Positions 20,212 through 30,500 of a stretch of DNA of 64,000 bases are shown here, in pieces. Each line of letters begins with the position of its first letter. The first letter of the stretch is position 1. The notes under the pieces were generated by a model. That model made no database searches. It was not told the DNA's origin and saw nothing but the letters and a program-made list of their open reading frames with translations. The translations under genes were made by a program, and so were the position numbers. The DNA comes from an uncultured Cellvibrionales bacterium. Lineage in GTDB: Bacteria; Pseudomonadota; Gammaproteobacteria; Pseudomonadales; CAWVSB01. Location: NCBI GenBank assembly GCA_963933215.1, contig CAWVSB010000004.1:11887-75886 (forward strand). The letters are read 5' to 3'.

Positions 20212-21405
20212 ATGTCTAATTTACTGGATCAATGTTTTGCCCCCGCCGCGATAAATGGCTTAACGCTGCCTAACCGTATTATCAAAGCCGCGACGTTTGA
20301 AGGCAAGTGCCCCGGCGGTATTCCCAGTCCAGAGCTTACGGCATTTCATCAGCGTATTGGCGAAGGCGGCGTTGGTATGACCACGCTAGCGTATTGTGGC
20401 GCTGAGGCTGATGGCCGAGTAATGCATCAAATGATGTATATGGGCGAGCATATCCGCACTGAACTGGTCGAGCTGATAGAGCAAGTACATAGCACTGGGG
20501 CCAAAGTATCGGGCCAACTTAGCCATTGTGGTAACTTCACCAAGAACAAAGACTTTAAAGGTAAGCGACCACTAGGGCCTACCGCCGGGATTAGCATGAT
20601 CGGCTTGGTTAAGGGTTTGCCGTGGGCTGGTGAGATGACTAAAGCTGATATAACCGAGCGAGTAAATACGTTTGCTACCGCTGCTGGCTTTATGAAGTCG
20701 GTTGGCTTTGATGCTATAGAGATTCATTTCGGTCATGGTTATGGCATTAGCCAGTTTATAAGCCCGCGTACCAATAAACGGGTAGATGAATATGGCGGCA
20801 GCTTAGAAAATCGTATGCGTTTTGGCTTAGAGGTATTAGCTGCAGTGCGTGAGGAGGTAGGCGATAGCTTTCCCTTGTTAGCAAAAATAAGTATGAGCGA
20901 CGGCGTACGCGGTGGCGTTAGTTATAGTGACTCGGTCGAAATTTCAGCCATGCTTGATGAGGCCGGCATTGATGCCATTATTTGCAGCGGTGGTACTAGC
21001 AGTATGAACCCCATGTTAATGTTTAGGGGCGACAGCATTGTTAACGGCATGATCAAACATGAAAAAAACTGGCTGATGAAGCTAGGTCTTAAATTTATGG
21101 GACCGACAATGTTCAAGCAATACCCTTATGAAAGAACCTACTTTATTGAGCAAGCCAAAAAAATACTAGCGCGGGTAAAATGCAAGGTAGTTTATATTGG
21201 TGGGGTTTGTACTAATGACGACCTTGAGAGATTAATGGCTGCAGGCTTCGACTTTATTCAAATAGGCAGGGGCTTGATCTTCGATCCTGATTTTGTCAAA
21301 AACGCACAAGCCAAGGCCAACTATAAAAATGGTTGTACCCACTGCAATGAATGCGCGTCATTAATCGAAGCGCCCGGCGGCATTCGATGTGTGCTTAAAG
21401 ATTGA
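20212..21405 (+). CDS. NADH:flavin oxidoreductase (Old Yellow Enzyme family)
   Basis: LPNRIIKAATFEG and FDAIEIHFGHGYGISQFISP blocks typical of the OYE/2,4-dienoyl-CoA-reductase N-terminal domain. Confidence 0.85.
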   Translation: MSNLLDQCFAPAAINGLTLPNRIIKAATFEGKCPGGIPSPELTAFHQRIGEGGVGMTTLAYCGAEADGRVMHQMMYMGEHIRTELVELIEQVHSTGAKVSGQLSHCGNFTKNKDFKGKRPLGPTAGISMIGLVKGLPWAGEMTKADITERVNTFATAAGFMKSVGFDAIEIHFGHGYGISQFISPRTNKRVDEYGGSLENRMRFGLEVLAAVREEVGDSFPLLAKISMSDGVRGGVSYSDSVEISAMLDEAGIDAIICSGGTSSMNPMLMFRGDSIVNGMIKHEKNWLMKLGLKFMGPTMFKQYPYERTYFIEQAKKILARVKCKVVYIGGVCTNDDLERLMAAGFDFIQIGRGLIFDPDFVKNAQAKANYKNGCTHCNECASLIEAPGGIRCVLKD

Positions 21406-21466
21406 CAACCCAAAGCCTGAGTAACGATACTTAGGCTTTACTACTTGCTGGCAAGGAAATATCTGA

Positions 21467-23347
21467 ATGAAAAAAATACTATTAGGAATTGGTGCGGTGG
21501 CTGTAGCCATTATTGTCTTTGTTGTATACCAAGTCAGCTCTACCGATGTGCCTAATTCAATAGATGCGGTCGCTAAAGTTGCGGACCCTTCGTCACGCCG
21601 AATAACTCCTGCAGGCAGTTTTTTAGGCTTTAGTGACGACAATAATACTCACGCTTGGATTGGTGTTCCGTATGCTAAAGCACCGGTAGGTAATTTACGC
21701 TGGCGTGCACCACAGCCAATGTTGCCACTACTAGAAGAGCTGCAGGCCATCACTTATCATTCACCTTGTGTTCAATTCGCTAACCCTATATCGGGCGCTG
21801 TAGGCGAGGCAGGTACTGTCGTTGGTAGTGAAGACTGCCTAGCACTAAATATTTGGGCGCCAACGTTCGAGTTACAAGACGTGCCTACAGGCGATAAAAA
21901 ATTACCCGTTATGGTGTGGATACATGGCGGTGGTAACACTATTGGTTCTGCCAACACTTACCAAGGTGATAAGTTAGCGGGTGACCAAAATATTATTTAT
22001 GTTGGTCTTAACTATCGGTTGGGGGTGTTGGGCTGGTTTAGTCATGAAGCTATTCGAGATACTTCAACCGATCCACTGGATGCATCAGGCAACTATGCCG
22101 TATTGGATATGATTGCTGGCTTGCAGTGGATCCAAGACAATATCGAAGCCTTTGGCGGTGACCCAGATAATGTAACAGTTTTTGGTGAGTCGGCTGGTGG
22201 TCGCGATGTATATGCATTAATCGGTAGCCCTATAGCGAAAGGTTTATTCAACAAAGCTATTTCGCAAAGTGGTTCGGCGCTTACTGCAACGCTAGAGCAA
22301 GCTGAAAATTTTAGTGACGACGATGTGCCTGGAATGGCGTTAAGTTCTAACGAGCTAATTAGCAAGGTGTTAGTTGGTAGCGACAGAGCGGATGACCGCG
22401 ATGATGCTATCGAGCTAATGGCCCAAATGGGTAGCGGTGAAAAAGTGGGTTTTATGCGTGACCGCAGCGTTGAAGAAATTTTTGCTGCTATTGGCGACCC
22501 AGGTGGTTTTGGTATGTATGCAACGCCGCAAAATATCCGCGACGGCTATGTATTGCCTAATGTGTCGTTATACGAATTGTTTACAGATAAAAATGCCTAC
22601 AACAGTGTGCCAATGATACTGGGCTCTAACCGCGATGAAGCAAAACTATTTTTCGCTCAAAACCCTAAGTATGTGTCTACTTGGTTTGGCGTTATCCCCA
22701 GCATAAAAGACGAGCAAGCTTATAACGCTGCTGCTGCTTACCATTCTGACCAATGGAAAGCCTTAGCAGTAGATGAACCGGCGCTGCTGTTAAGTGAAAC
22801 TCAAGGCGATATATATGCTTACCGCTTTGATTGGGATGAAGGGCCTGATACGTTATTGGTAGACTTTGGTAAGTTGATTGGCGCTGGCCATGGTTTGGAA
22901 ATAGCTCATGTATTTGGTAGTTTCGACAGCGGCATTTCTATTCCGTTTTTGATGACCGAAGAGAATGAACCTGGCCGCTTAGCCTTGTCTGATGCAATGA
23001 TGAATTATTGGGGTGAGTTTGCGCGCACGGGTAATCCCGCTACTGGGCAAGACGGTAAGCAAGTTGAATGGAAGTCTTGGAATAACAGCGCAGAGAAAAC
23101 ACTTATTTTGGATACCGAAGCAGGGGGTGGTATTCGTATGACGGATACTATTATGACTGTTGAGAGTATTAAGGATCGTATGTTTAGTGATCCATTGCTT
23201 GCCGACCAACAAGCGTATTGCGAAATGTATGCGCAATTGTTTTTACTGTCATACCAAGTGCATGATTTTTGGAATGCAGAGGAATATGCCAGCTTAGGTA
23301 AAAAGGGTTGTGGTAAATACTCGCCGTATCAATTCTCAAGCAGATAA
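21467..23347 (+). CDS. carboxylesterase type B family protein, membrane-anchored or secreted
   Basis: N-terminal hydrophobic segment. EDCLALNIWAP and nucleophile motif VTVFGESAGG. Confidence 0.9.
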   Translation: MKKILLGIGAVAVAIIVFVVYQVSSTDVPNSIDAVAKVADPSSRRITPAGSFLGFSDDNNTHAWIGVPYAKAPVGNLRWRAPQPMLPLLEELQAITYHSPCVQFANPISGAVGEAGTVVGSEDCLALNIWAPTFELQDVPTGDKKLPVMVWIHGGGNTIGSANTYQGDKLAGDQNIIYVGLNYRLGVLGWFSHEAIRDTSTDPLDASGNYAVLDMIAGLQWIQDNIEAFGGDPDNVTVFGESAGGRDVYALIGSPIAKGLFNKAISQSGSALTATLEQAENFSDDDVPGMALSSNELISKVLVGSDRADDRDDAIELMAQMGSGEKVGFMRDRSVEEIFAAIGDPGGFGMYATPQNIRDGYVLPNVSLYELFTDKNAYNSVPMILGSNRDEAKLFFAQNPKYVSTWFGVIPSIKDEQAYNAAAAYHSDQWKALAVDEPALLLSETQGDIYAYRFDWDEGPDTLLVDFGKLIGAGHGLEIAHVFGSFDSGISIPFLMTEENEPGRLALSDAMMNYWGEFARTGNPATGQDGKQVEWKSWNNSAEKTLILDTEAGGGIRMTDTIMTVESIKDRMFSDPLLADQQAYCEMYAQLFLLSYQVHDFWNAEEYASLGKKGCGKYSPYQFSSR

Positions 23348-23373
23348 AAAAAGCCCGCGTAAGCGGGCTTTTT
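23346..23373. terminator. bidirectional Rho-independent terminator
   Basis: AAAAAAAGCCCGC-GTAA-GCGGGCTTTTT between the convergent esterase and acyl-CoA dehydrogenase genes. Confidence 0.85.
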
Positions 23374-23394
23374 CTAGCGCCTATAAGTAACCGT

Positions 23395-24600
23395 TTATTT
23401 TAACTCACTAGAGCCTTTACCTAATACTTGGCGGGCAATGATCAATTGCTGAATTTGCTGAGTGCCTTCATAAATATCAATAATTTTTGAATCTCTAGCA
23501 AATTTTTCTAGCAAGTCAGCTTTGCTGTAACCCAGTTGGCCGCATATCTCGACACATTTAAGTGCCACAAAATTACCCATGCGGCCAGCTTTGGCTTTCG
23601 ACATAGACGCTTCTTTAGAGTTAGGAAGTTTGTTGTCAGCCATCCATGCGGCTTTGTAAATAAGTAAGCGGGCGGCTTCAAAGTCAGCTTCCATTTCCAT
23701 TAAATCGTTTTCTACCGCGCTTAAATTCCAGTAGCCTTTACTGTAGTCCAATTCAATCTCTTTCTCTTTTAGTAGGTCTTGAGTTAAGTCTAACGACGCG
23801 CGAGCGACACCTAGTGCTTGAGCAGCTACTAGTGGTCGAGTGTTATCAAAGGTTTGCATTACACCACCAAAGGCTTTTTTACGCTCTTCAGCGTTTTTAG
23901 CAATCTCTGGGTTGCCTAAAATATTGGCTTTGGGAATACGGCAGTTATCAAAGACGATTTGCGCGGTGTCTGAAATGCGTAGGCCCATTTTCTTTTCGGT
24001 TCTAACTACAGTCATGCCCGGCGTACCCTTGGGCACTAAAAATGATTTGATCGCGGCTTTGCCTAATGACTTATCAAGTGTTGCCCACAACACGACTTGT
24101 TTGCTGCGATAACCATCGGTGACAAATATTTTTTCACCATTTAATACCCACTCATCGCCATCTAAAGTAGCGGTGGTTTTAATGGCAGCAGAGTCTGAGC
24201 CTGCGCCTGGTTCGGTGATCGCCATTGAGGCAAATAATTCGCCAAACGCTTCTTTTTGTTCATCGGTTGCTACTGCATCTACTGCCGCATTGCCTAAGCC
24301 GATAGTTGGCATAGCTAAAAACAAACCAACATCGCCCCAGCATAACTGTTGGCTAGCGTTAATCATGCTCATATTGTTGCCATTTTTATTTTTGTCTGAC
24401 ACCGGCTCATTAGAGGGCTTCTTCTTGCGACCGCCGCCACCTGCTTTTAGTAACTCGGCTAAAGCATATAGCTCTTCCGGCATTTCTTTTTGTTCTAGAT
24501 CGTCATATTTACGCGAAATAGGGCGAAAGCCATCAAGTGAAAACTGACGCAGCAAAGTATCTTTTGAAGTAATTGATGCTGGTAATTCAAGATTAATCAT
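23395..24600 (-). CDS. acyl-CoA dehydrogenase (catalytic-Glu-containing subunit)
   Basis: The C-terminal IDIYEGTQQIQQLIIARQVLG carries the canonical YEG catalytic base. It has an unusual low-complexity insert GGGGRKKKPSNEPVSDKNKNGNN near the N-terminus. Confidence 0.9.
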   Translation of the reverse strand: MINLELPASITSKDTLLRQFSLDGFRPISRKYDDLEQKEMPEELYALAELLKAGGGGRKKKPSNEPVSDKNKNGNNMSMINASQQLCWGDVGLFLAMPTIGLGNAAVDAVATDEQKEAFGELFASMAITEPGAGSDSAAIKTTATLDGDEWVLNGEKIFVTDGYRSKQVVLWATLDKSLGKAAIKSFLVPKGTPGMTVVRTEKKMGLRISDTAQIVFDNCRIPKANILGNPEIAKNAEERKKAFGGVMQTFDNTRPLVAAQALGVARASLDLTQDLLKEKEIELDYSKGYWNLSAVENDLMEMEADFEAARLLIYKAAWMADNKLPNSKEASMSKAKAGRMGNFVALKCVEICGQLGYSKADLLEKFARDSKIIDIYEGTQQIQQLIIARQVLGKGSSELK

Positions 24601-24639
24601 ATCGGCAACTCTTTTTGTAAGTCTTGTTTAATTGTTGGA

Positions 24640-25746
24640 CTAAGCGATTAACATGCCGTCTAAGGTAGCAATGGCTCTTAGATTTCGATACCACATTTCA
24701 CAAGGGTATTCGCGGGTAAAGCCGTGACCGCCCAGTAGCTGGACACCGTCAGTGCCGATCTTCATGCTGTGTTTTATACAGTTGCGCAGGGCAAGAGCAG
24801 CGCTTTTAGTATTGTCTATGCCTTGGTCAGCTTGGGCTGCTGCGCGGTAAGTCATTAAGCGCATGGCTTCAATTTCAGTAGCCATGTCGGCCACCATAAA
24901 GGCAACCGCTTGGCGGTTTGAAATGGGCTCACCAAAGGCTTCACGCTGGTTTACATAGGGTACAACATAATCTAACACCGCTTGACAGGTGCCTACGGCT
25001 AAAGCGGAAGCTGCGATCTTACTGTCGTTAACCAATTGTTGAATATTTAAATTGCCAGCCAGTTTGGCCTCTGGGCCTACACTAGCAGTAGCTAACGTCA
25101 TTTTATAAAGCGGCAATGGTCGCAGGCCCATATAGTCTTCGCGGGTAAAGCTGACGCCAGTAGTATTTTTATTGACGATAAAAGCGGCTACTTCTCCATC
25201 TAACATGGCAAAGACAATAACTACTTCAGCCTTATCGCCATAGGCGACCATGGCTTTTTCACCAATCAGCACAAAGTTACCATCGGCTTGCTCTGTTGCG
25301 GTGGTATCAAGCTGATAGGCGTTGAAACCAATGCCTGGTTCCATCAGCGCGAGCGCAGCAGGGCTAAAGCTTTCTTTAGCTAAGCGGTTAAAGACATCGG
25401 CTTGTTGAGTTTTAGAGCCCGTATCTAGCAGGCAGTTAATAACTGATAGTGGCGTTAATGCCGCTATTGCCATCGACATATCACCTTGAGCTAAGTCTTC
25501 GATATTCAAAACGTTTGATACTCTGGAGCGGCCGGCCCCAACACCACCCATATCCTCCGGAATAGGCATAAAACTAAGCCCAAGATCTACGGTTTGTTGC
25601 AAAAATCCATCTGGCAAGTGGGCCGCTTCATCGGCGTCACGGGCTTTTTCTGCCATTTCTTCTTTGGCAAAACGCTGTACCACTTCGCGCGTCATTTGCT
25701 GTTCTTCAGTGGGCGTTAAGTCAAATAATAGGTTTGCGTCGGTCAT
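24640..25746 (-). CDS. acyl-CoA dehydrogenase family protein (non-canonical partner subunit?)
   Basis: ACAD fold throughout. The C-terminus reads YRNLRAIATLDGMLIA-stop, giving Asp where the YEG Glu normally lies and ending 4 residues later. Confidence 0.85.
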   Translation of the reverse strand: MTDANLLFDLTPTEEQQMTREVVQRFAKEEMAEKARDADEAAHLPDGFLQQTVDLGLSFMPIPEDMGGVGAGRSRVSNVLNIEDLAQGDMSMAIAALTPLSVINCLLDTGSKTQQADVFNRLAKESFSPAALALMEPGIGFNAYQLDTTATEQADGNFVLIGEKAMVAYGDKAEVVIVFAMLDGEVAAFIVNKNTTGVSFTREDYMGLRPLPLYKMTLATASVGPEAKLAGNLNIQQLVNDSKIAASALAVGTCQAVLDYVVPYVNQREAFGEPISNRQAVAFMVADMATEIEAMRLMTYRAAAQADQGIDNTKSAALALRNCIKHSMKIGTDGVQLLGGHGFTREYPCEMWYRNLRAIATLDGMLIA

Positions 25747-25967
25747 GGTTAGTGCCTAGTTTTTTAGAATTTATGTTAGCTCAGCTAAAACAGTGTATGG
25801 CGGTATGTTTTATTAAGTAAAGTACGTTAAAGGTAATCAGGTAGCTATGACTTAATAACGTGTCACTGGTTACCGATGGGTCAACCTGTTAACAGTCAAG
25901 GTTGATGGTAGTTACAAGCTTATCAGTTACAATAACGCTAGATTTTTAATTGTTATTAAGGTTTTGT

Positions 25968-26510
25968 ATGTCTAGTAAAGCGGTAACCGAATTTATCCCC
26001 TTAAACATTGCAGTGTTAACTGTGTCTGATACCCGTACGCTAGCGGAAGACACCTCTGGCCAGCTATTGGTTGATTCACTCTGTGAGTTCGGCCATAACT
26101 TAGCTGACCGGGTTATCAGTACCGATGATATATATCAAATGCGGGCAGTTGTTTCTAACTGGATAGCAGACAGCAATGTGCATGCCATTATTGTTACTGG
26201 CGGCACCGGCTTTACGCCACGTGATAACACACCGCAAGCACTGTCACCGTTGTTTGATAAAGACATAGATGGTTTTGGCGAATTGTTTAGACATATTTCG
26301 TATCAAGATATTGGTACCTCTACTGTGCAGTCGCGCGCGGTAGCAGGTATTGCCAACCAAACAGTCATTTTTTGTTTGCCGGGCTCTACGGGCGCATGTC
26401 GCACCGGTTGGAATGATATTTTAAAACTACAATTAGATAATCGCCATCGGCCATGTAATTTTGTGGTGCATACCAAGGCGTGGGATGAGTATTGCGAGAG
26501 CCGCGGCTAA
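25968..26510 (+). CDS. moaB: molybdenum cofactor biosynthesis protein B
   Basis: MogA/MoaB fold with a GGTGFTPRD motif. ATG at 25968 preceded by TAAGG; the upstream TTG at 25950 is less likely. Confidence 0.85.
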   Translation: MSSKAVTEFIPLNIAVLTVSDTRTLAEDTSGQLLVDSLCEFGHNLADRVISTDDIYQMRAVVSNWIADSNVHAIIVTGGTGFTPRDNTPQALSPLFDKDIDGFGELFRHISYQDIGTSTVQSRAVAGIANQTVIFCLPGSTGACRTGWNDILKLQLDNRHRPCNFVVHTKAWDEYCESRG

Positions 26511-27748
26511 TGGATGCTATTGATAGTTGTGCAGTAGCGGGTTTAACTCCAGTAGAGGCTGCCATAGAGCATTTATTGTCAGCTGTAAAACCGATTACAG
26601 AAACCATTGAAGTGCCAGTGCATGACGCACTCGGCTATGTGTTAGCGCAAGATCAAATCTCGACGATTGCTGTACCGCCAGCTGATAACAGTGCAATGGA
26701 TGGCTATGTATTTTGTGCTAAAGACTTAAGCGGTGAGCTTGAAACTATACTGCCAGTTAGTCAGCGTATTCCTGCTGGCACTGCGCCCAAACCACTTATT
26801 AAAGGCAGTGCGGCGAGAATTTTCACTGGCGCAGAAATACCCTCTGGTGCAGATAGTGTAGTCATGCAAGAAAGCTGCAGCGTGGTTGGCGGCAATGTAA
26901 TTCTGCCCGCCAATTGCATAGCAGGCGATAATATCAGACCAAAAGGGCAAGATATTGCTAGCGGTAGTTGTTTGCTGAACAAAGGTCATCGCCTAAAACC
27001 GCAAGACTTAGGTCTGCTGGCGTCAGTCGGTATAGCTAAAGTTCGCGTCTACCGCAAAGTGAAAATTGCCGTGTTATCAACTGGTGATGAATTAGTAGAG
27101 CCTGGTATGCCCCTTGAAGGCGGGCAGATATACAACTCAAACCGTTACACCTTGGCAGGTTTAGTAAAAGCCATGGGCTGGGAATTAATCGATTTAGGGA
27201 TAGTGGCAGATAATAGAGCTGCTTGTGAGAAGGCACTAATTACCGCCAGCCAGCAAGCCGATTGTATTATTACAACTGGTGGTGTTTCTGTTGGTGAAGA
27301 AGACCATGTAAAAGCCTGCGTTGAAAAACTAGGCAGTTTAGATTTATGGAAGCTAGCCATCAAACCTGGCAAGCCGTTTGCATTTGGCCATGTGGCAGGG
27401 GTGCCATTTATGGGTTTGCCAGGGAATCCTGCAGCGGTTTTTGTTACTTTTACTATAGTGGCGCGGCCCTATTTGCTAACACTGCAAGGCGCCGTCGATG
27501 TCATGCCAACATTGTTAAAAGTAACGGCAGGCTTTAACAAAGCGCGCCCCGCTAAACGGCAAGAATACTTGCGCGCTAAACTCAGCGTATCCAGTGGCGT
27601 TGCTATCGCAGAACTAACCGGTAACCAAAGTAGTGGAGTGTTATCTACCGCTAGCCTTGGCAATGGTTTTGCCGTGCATGGTTTAGGGCAAACCATTGCT
27701 GAGGGTGGCGCGGTAGATTTTATCTTTTTTAATGACGTGGTTTATTAA
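26510..27748 (+). CDS. moeA: molybdopterin molybdenumtransferase
   Basis: NSAMDGY, SGADSVVMQE and TTGGVSVGEEDH blocks. The ATG overlaps the moaB stop (TAATG). Confidence 0.9.
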   Translation: MDAIDSCAVAGLTPVEAAIEHLLSAVKPITETIEVPVHDALGYVLAQDQISTIAVPPADNSAMDGYVFCAKDLSGELETILPVSQRIPAGTAPKPLIKGSAARIFTGAEIPSGADSVVMQESCSVVGGNVILPANCIAGDNIRPKGQDIASGSCLLNKGHRLKPQDLGLLASVGIAKVRVYRKVKIAVLSTGDELVEPGMPLEGGQIYNSNRYTLAGLVKAMGWELIDLGIVADNRAACEKALITASQQADCIITTGGVSVGEEDHVKACVEKLGSLDLWKLAIKPGKPFAFGHVAGVPFMGLPGNPAAVFVTFTIVARPYLLTLQGAVDVMPTLLKVTAGFNKARPAKRQEYLRAKLSVSSGVAIAELTGNQSSGVLSTASLGNGFAVHGLGQTIAEGGAVDFIFFNDVVY

Positions 27749-27752
27749 ACCG

Positions 27753-28430
27753 TTATTTAATAGCGTTTAATAAAGCTTCAGCAATCGCTTCAGATGAGCC
27801 CGGGTTTTGCCCGGTGATAACCAATCCGTCAACCACTACTAACGGGTTCCAGTCTTCAGTTTTCTGATATATGCCACCCATAGCAATCAGCTGATCTTCT
27901 AGTAAATAAGGCACAATATCGGTTAATTCAACTGCCGCTTCTTCGGTGTTACTAAAACCGGTTACCTGTTTACCTTTTACCAGTGGTTCGCCATTTGTAC
28001 TTTTGGCCTTTAATAACGCCGCTGGTGCATGGCATACAGCCGCCACGGGCTTGGCAGCAGCAATGAAGCCTTCGATTAATGCAATGGAGTGGGTATCGTT
28101 ATATAAGTCCCATAAAGGGCCATGGCCGCCCGGATAGAACACTGCATCAAAATCTTCTACTTTCATGTCAGCTAATTTGGCGGTGTTGGCAAGCACCTGC
28201 TGAGCGGCCTGATCACCTTCGAAGCGGCGGGTGGCATCAGTATGAAAATCAGCTTGATCACTTTTTGGATCAAGCGGAGGTTGACCGCCATTGGGTGATG
28301 CAAGTGTTACCTTTACCCCAGCATCTTTTAAATGATAGTAAGGACTGGCGAATTCTTCCAGCCAGAAGCCTGTTTTCTCTCCGGTATTACCCAGTTCAGC
28401 GTGCGACGTTAATATAAAAAGTATATTCAT
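27753..28430 (-). CDS. DJ-1/PfpI family type-1 glutamine amidotransferase-like protein
   Basis: 225 aa with nucleophile-elbow Cys in VAAVCHAPAAL. Confidence 0.85.
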   Translation of the reverse strand: MNILFILTSHAELGNTGEKTGFWLEEFASPYYHLKDAGVKVTLASPNGGQPPLDPKSDQADFHTDATRRFEGDQAAQQVLANTAKLADMKVEDFDAVFYPGGHGPLWDLYNDTHSIALIEGFIAAAKPVAAVCHAPAALLKAKSTNGEPLVKGKQVTGFSNTEEAAVELTDIVPYLLEDQLIAMGGIYQKTEDWNPLVVVDGLVITGQNPGSSEAIAEALLNAIK

Positions 28431-28517
28431 TAGTAGGTTCCAATTGGCTAATTATTCGATTGTATTTCTTTTGATAGAATTAATTAAGTCGACTCCGAAA
28501 CTGTTCAATGTTTCAAG

Positions 28518-29564
28518 TCAGCTATCGTCTTGTAACTTTTTATTACGTAAGCGTGCACGATAATTACCGCGCGCTAGTTCTTGCATATCTTCTACTGCGT
28601 CCGTTTCATCCACTATCTCACGGCCTAGTAAAGTTTCTATAGCGTCTTCTAAAGTGACAACCCCCGCAGTTTGGCCAAACTCGTCTTCTACCAAAAACAA
28701 ATGCTCCCTATTTTTAATAAACATATCGAGCAGTTTTTGCACGGGTAGTTTTTCAGACACCCGAGTAATGGGTTTGACTTTGCTACCGATAGCTAAGGTT
28801 CCATTTCCTTTGCGCTCGGCTTGAAATAAATCCCGTTTGTTTACTATGCCGACGATATCGTCGATGTTTGCGCCATAAACTGGCATGCGAGTGAACTGCA
28901 CTGTTTTATCATCATCCAATGCTGCGGTAACCGTGCTGTCTTCATTAAGCATGTGAACAACACTGCGTGGTGTTAATACCTGCTCAGTTTTTATTTCACG
29001 TAGCTTTAATAGATTAGATAAATACTCGTTTTCTTGAGTGAATAGATTACCATCTCTGTGACCAAGAGAGGCGAGGGCGATAATTTCTTCGCGAGTAATT
29101 TGACCGCCTTCTTTACTGCTGAATAATCTTGTTAAGAGAGTGGCTATCCAAACTAAGGGATATACTAGTTTGATCAACCATGAGATAACAAAAGCTGATG
29201 GTATTGCTAGCTTTCGCCAAAAAGTTGCACCTAAAGTTTTGGGAATTATTTCTGAGAAGTAGAGAATCACCAATGTCAGTAAAACGGCGATAAGCGTTTC
29301 CCATTTGGCGCCAAACACCTGCACGGCTTGCGAGCCAACCCCTGCTGCACCCATGGTATGAGCGAAAGTGTTAAGGATTAAAATACTGGACAAGGACTCG
29401 TCAAGTTGTGCTTTGACTGTTACCAACTGTTTGGCCGCTCGAGGTCTTTTCGATGATATTTGTTCAACAAAGCTCGGCGTGATTGAGAGTAGTACCGCCT
29501 CCAGCACTGAACAAAGGAATGACACGCCGATGGCAATAGCTAAATAGGTTAATAACAGAGTCAT
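28518..29564 (-). CDS. CNNM/DUF21-CBS domain membrane protein (HlyC/CorC family)
   Basis: N-terminal DUF21 transmembrane region followed by a CBS pair. Confidence 0.85.
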   Translation of the reverse strand: MTLLLTYLAIAIGVSFLCSVLEAVLLSITPSFVEQISSKRPRAAKQLVTVKAQLDESLSSILILNTFAHTMGAAGVGSQAVQVFGAKWETLIAVLLTLVILYFSEIIPKTLGATFWRKLAIPSAFVISWLIKLVYPLVWIATLLTRLFSSKEGGQITREEIIALASLGHRDGNLFTQENEYLSNLLKLREIKTEQVLTPRSVVHMLNEDSTVTAALDDDKTVQFTRMPVYGANIDDIVGIVNKRDLFQAERKGNGTLAIGSKVKPITRVSEKLPVQKLLDMFIKNREHLFLVEDEFGQTAGVVTLEDAIETLLGREIVDETDAVEDMQELARGNYRARLRNKKLQDDS

Positions 29565-29640
29565 TCAGGATCCGTTCAGATATTTTTGTAATGATGAGTA
29601 TCATACACAGGGTAGTAACGAAAACTAGGTTTAGGCAGTA

Positions 29641-30462
29641 TTAACTTTCACCTGCTTTCGCATTCATCGCGGCGGCATAACCTTCTCGCACCATGCTCGA
29701 TGTGGCATCGAATAAGGCGTCGGGATCACTGCGGCGCAGCAGCGCTATGTGTTGTTCTACGCCAGTTGCCAAAATCAGTTCTCGAGTACCATTGTTAATC
29801 GCGTCAATAATAGCTTCAGCAGAGTCATTTGGTGACATGCCGTTGTCTATAGCGCTATCGCTCACCCCACGCTTGGCACCGTCGGCGGTTAAGGCATTAA
29901 TAGAGACATTGGTTTGAACTGAACCGGGAGCAATAACATGCACTTGTATACCTAGGTGTTCGTTTTCAGCACGGACAGAGTCGTGGTAGCCAATTAAGCC
30001 ATGCTTTGCCGCACAGTAAGCCGACCGCATCGGTACGCCGGCAATGCCAGCAACGCTTGATATAGCGACAATATGGCCGCCACCGGCATTAACCATCTTA
30101 GGCAGTACCGCTTGGGTTAAGGCTATTGGAGCGAGTAAATCAACGTTAATCATCTGTTGGTAAACTGTAAAGGCAGTGTCGATTGCTAACGAGCGCTGTG
30201 AAATACCCGCATTGTTAACCAGGCCGTCAATGCGCCCTTTCCATGCCCATGCTTGTTCAGTCAGTGTTCCAATTTGGTCAAAGTCAGTCACTTCAAACGG
30301 CAGGATTAAGGTATCACTGCACTCTTTGGCAACGGCTTCTAGGGCAGCAATATTGCGGCCCGACAAAACAAGGCTGGCACCTTGAGACGACAAAGCTTTT
30401 GCTAAGGCTGCACCAATACCTGAAGAGGCACCGGTAATCCACCAGCATTGATTGTTGAACAT
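29641..30462 (-). CDS. SDR family oxidoreductase
   Basis: TGASSGIGAALAKAL cofactor motif and YCAAKHG (YxxxK) catalytic motif. Confidence 0.9.
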   Translation of the reverse strand: MFNNQCWWITGASSGIGAALAKALSSQGASLVLSGRNIAALEAVAKECSDTLILPFEVTDFDQIGTLTEQAWAWKGRIDGLVNNAGISQRSLAIDTAFTVYQQMINVDLLAPIALTQAVLPKMVNAGGGHIVAISSVAGIAGVPMRSAYCAAKHGLIGYHDSVRAENEHLGIQVHVIAPGSVQTNVSINALTADGAKRGVSDSAIDNGMSPNDSAEAIIDAINNGTRELILATGVEQHIALLRRSDPDALFDATSSMVREGYAAAMNAKAGES

Positions 30463-30500
30463 AAGATGACCTTTACTGCGTTGAATGACGTTCTATTGGT

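Noticed and set aside
25747-25967. Looked for a Moco riboswitch upstream of moaB-moeA.
   Set aside because: I saw no recognisable Moco-motif conserved stretches. The region is AT-rich with no obvious extended helices.
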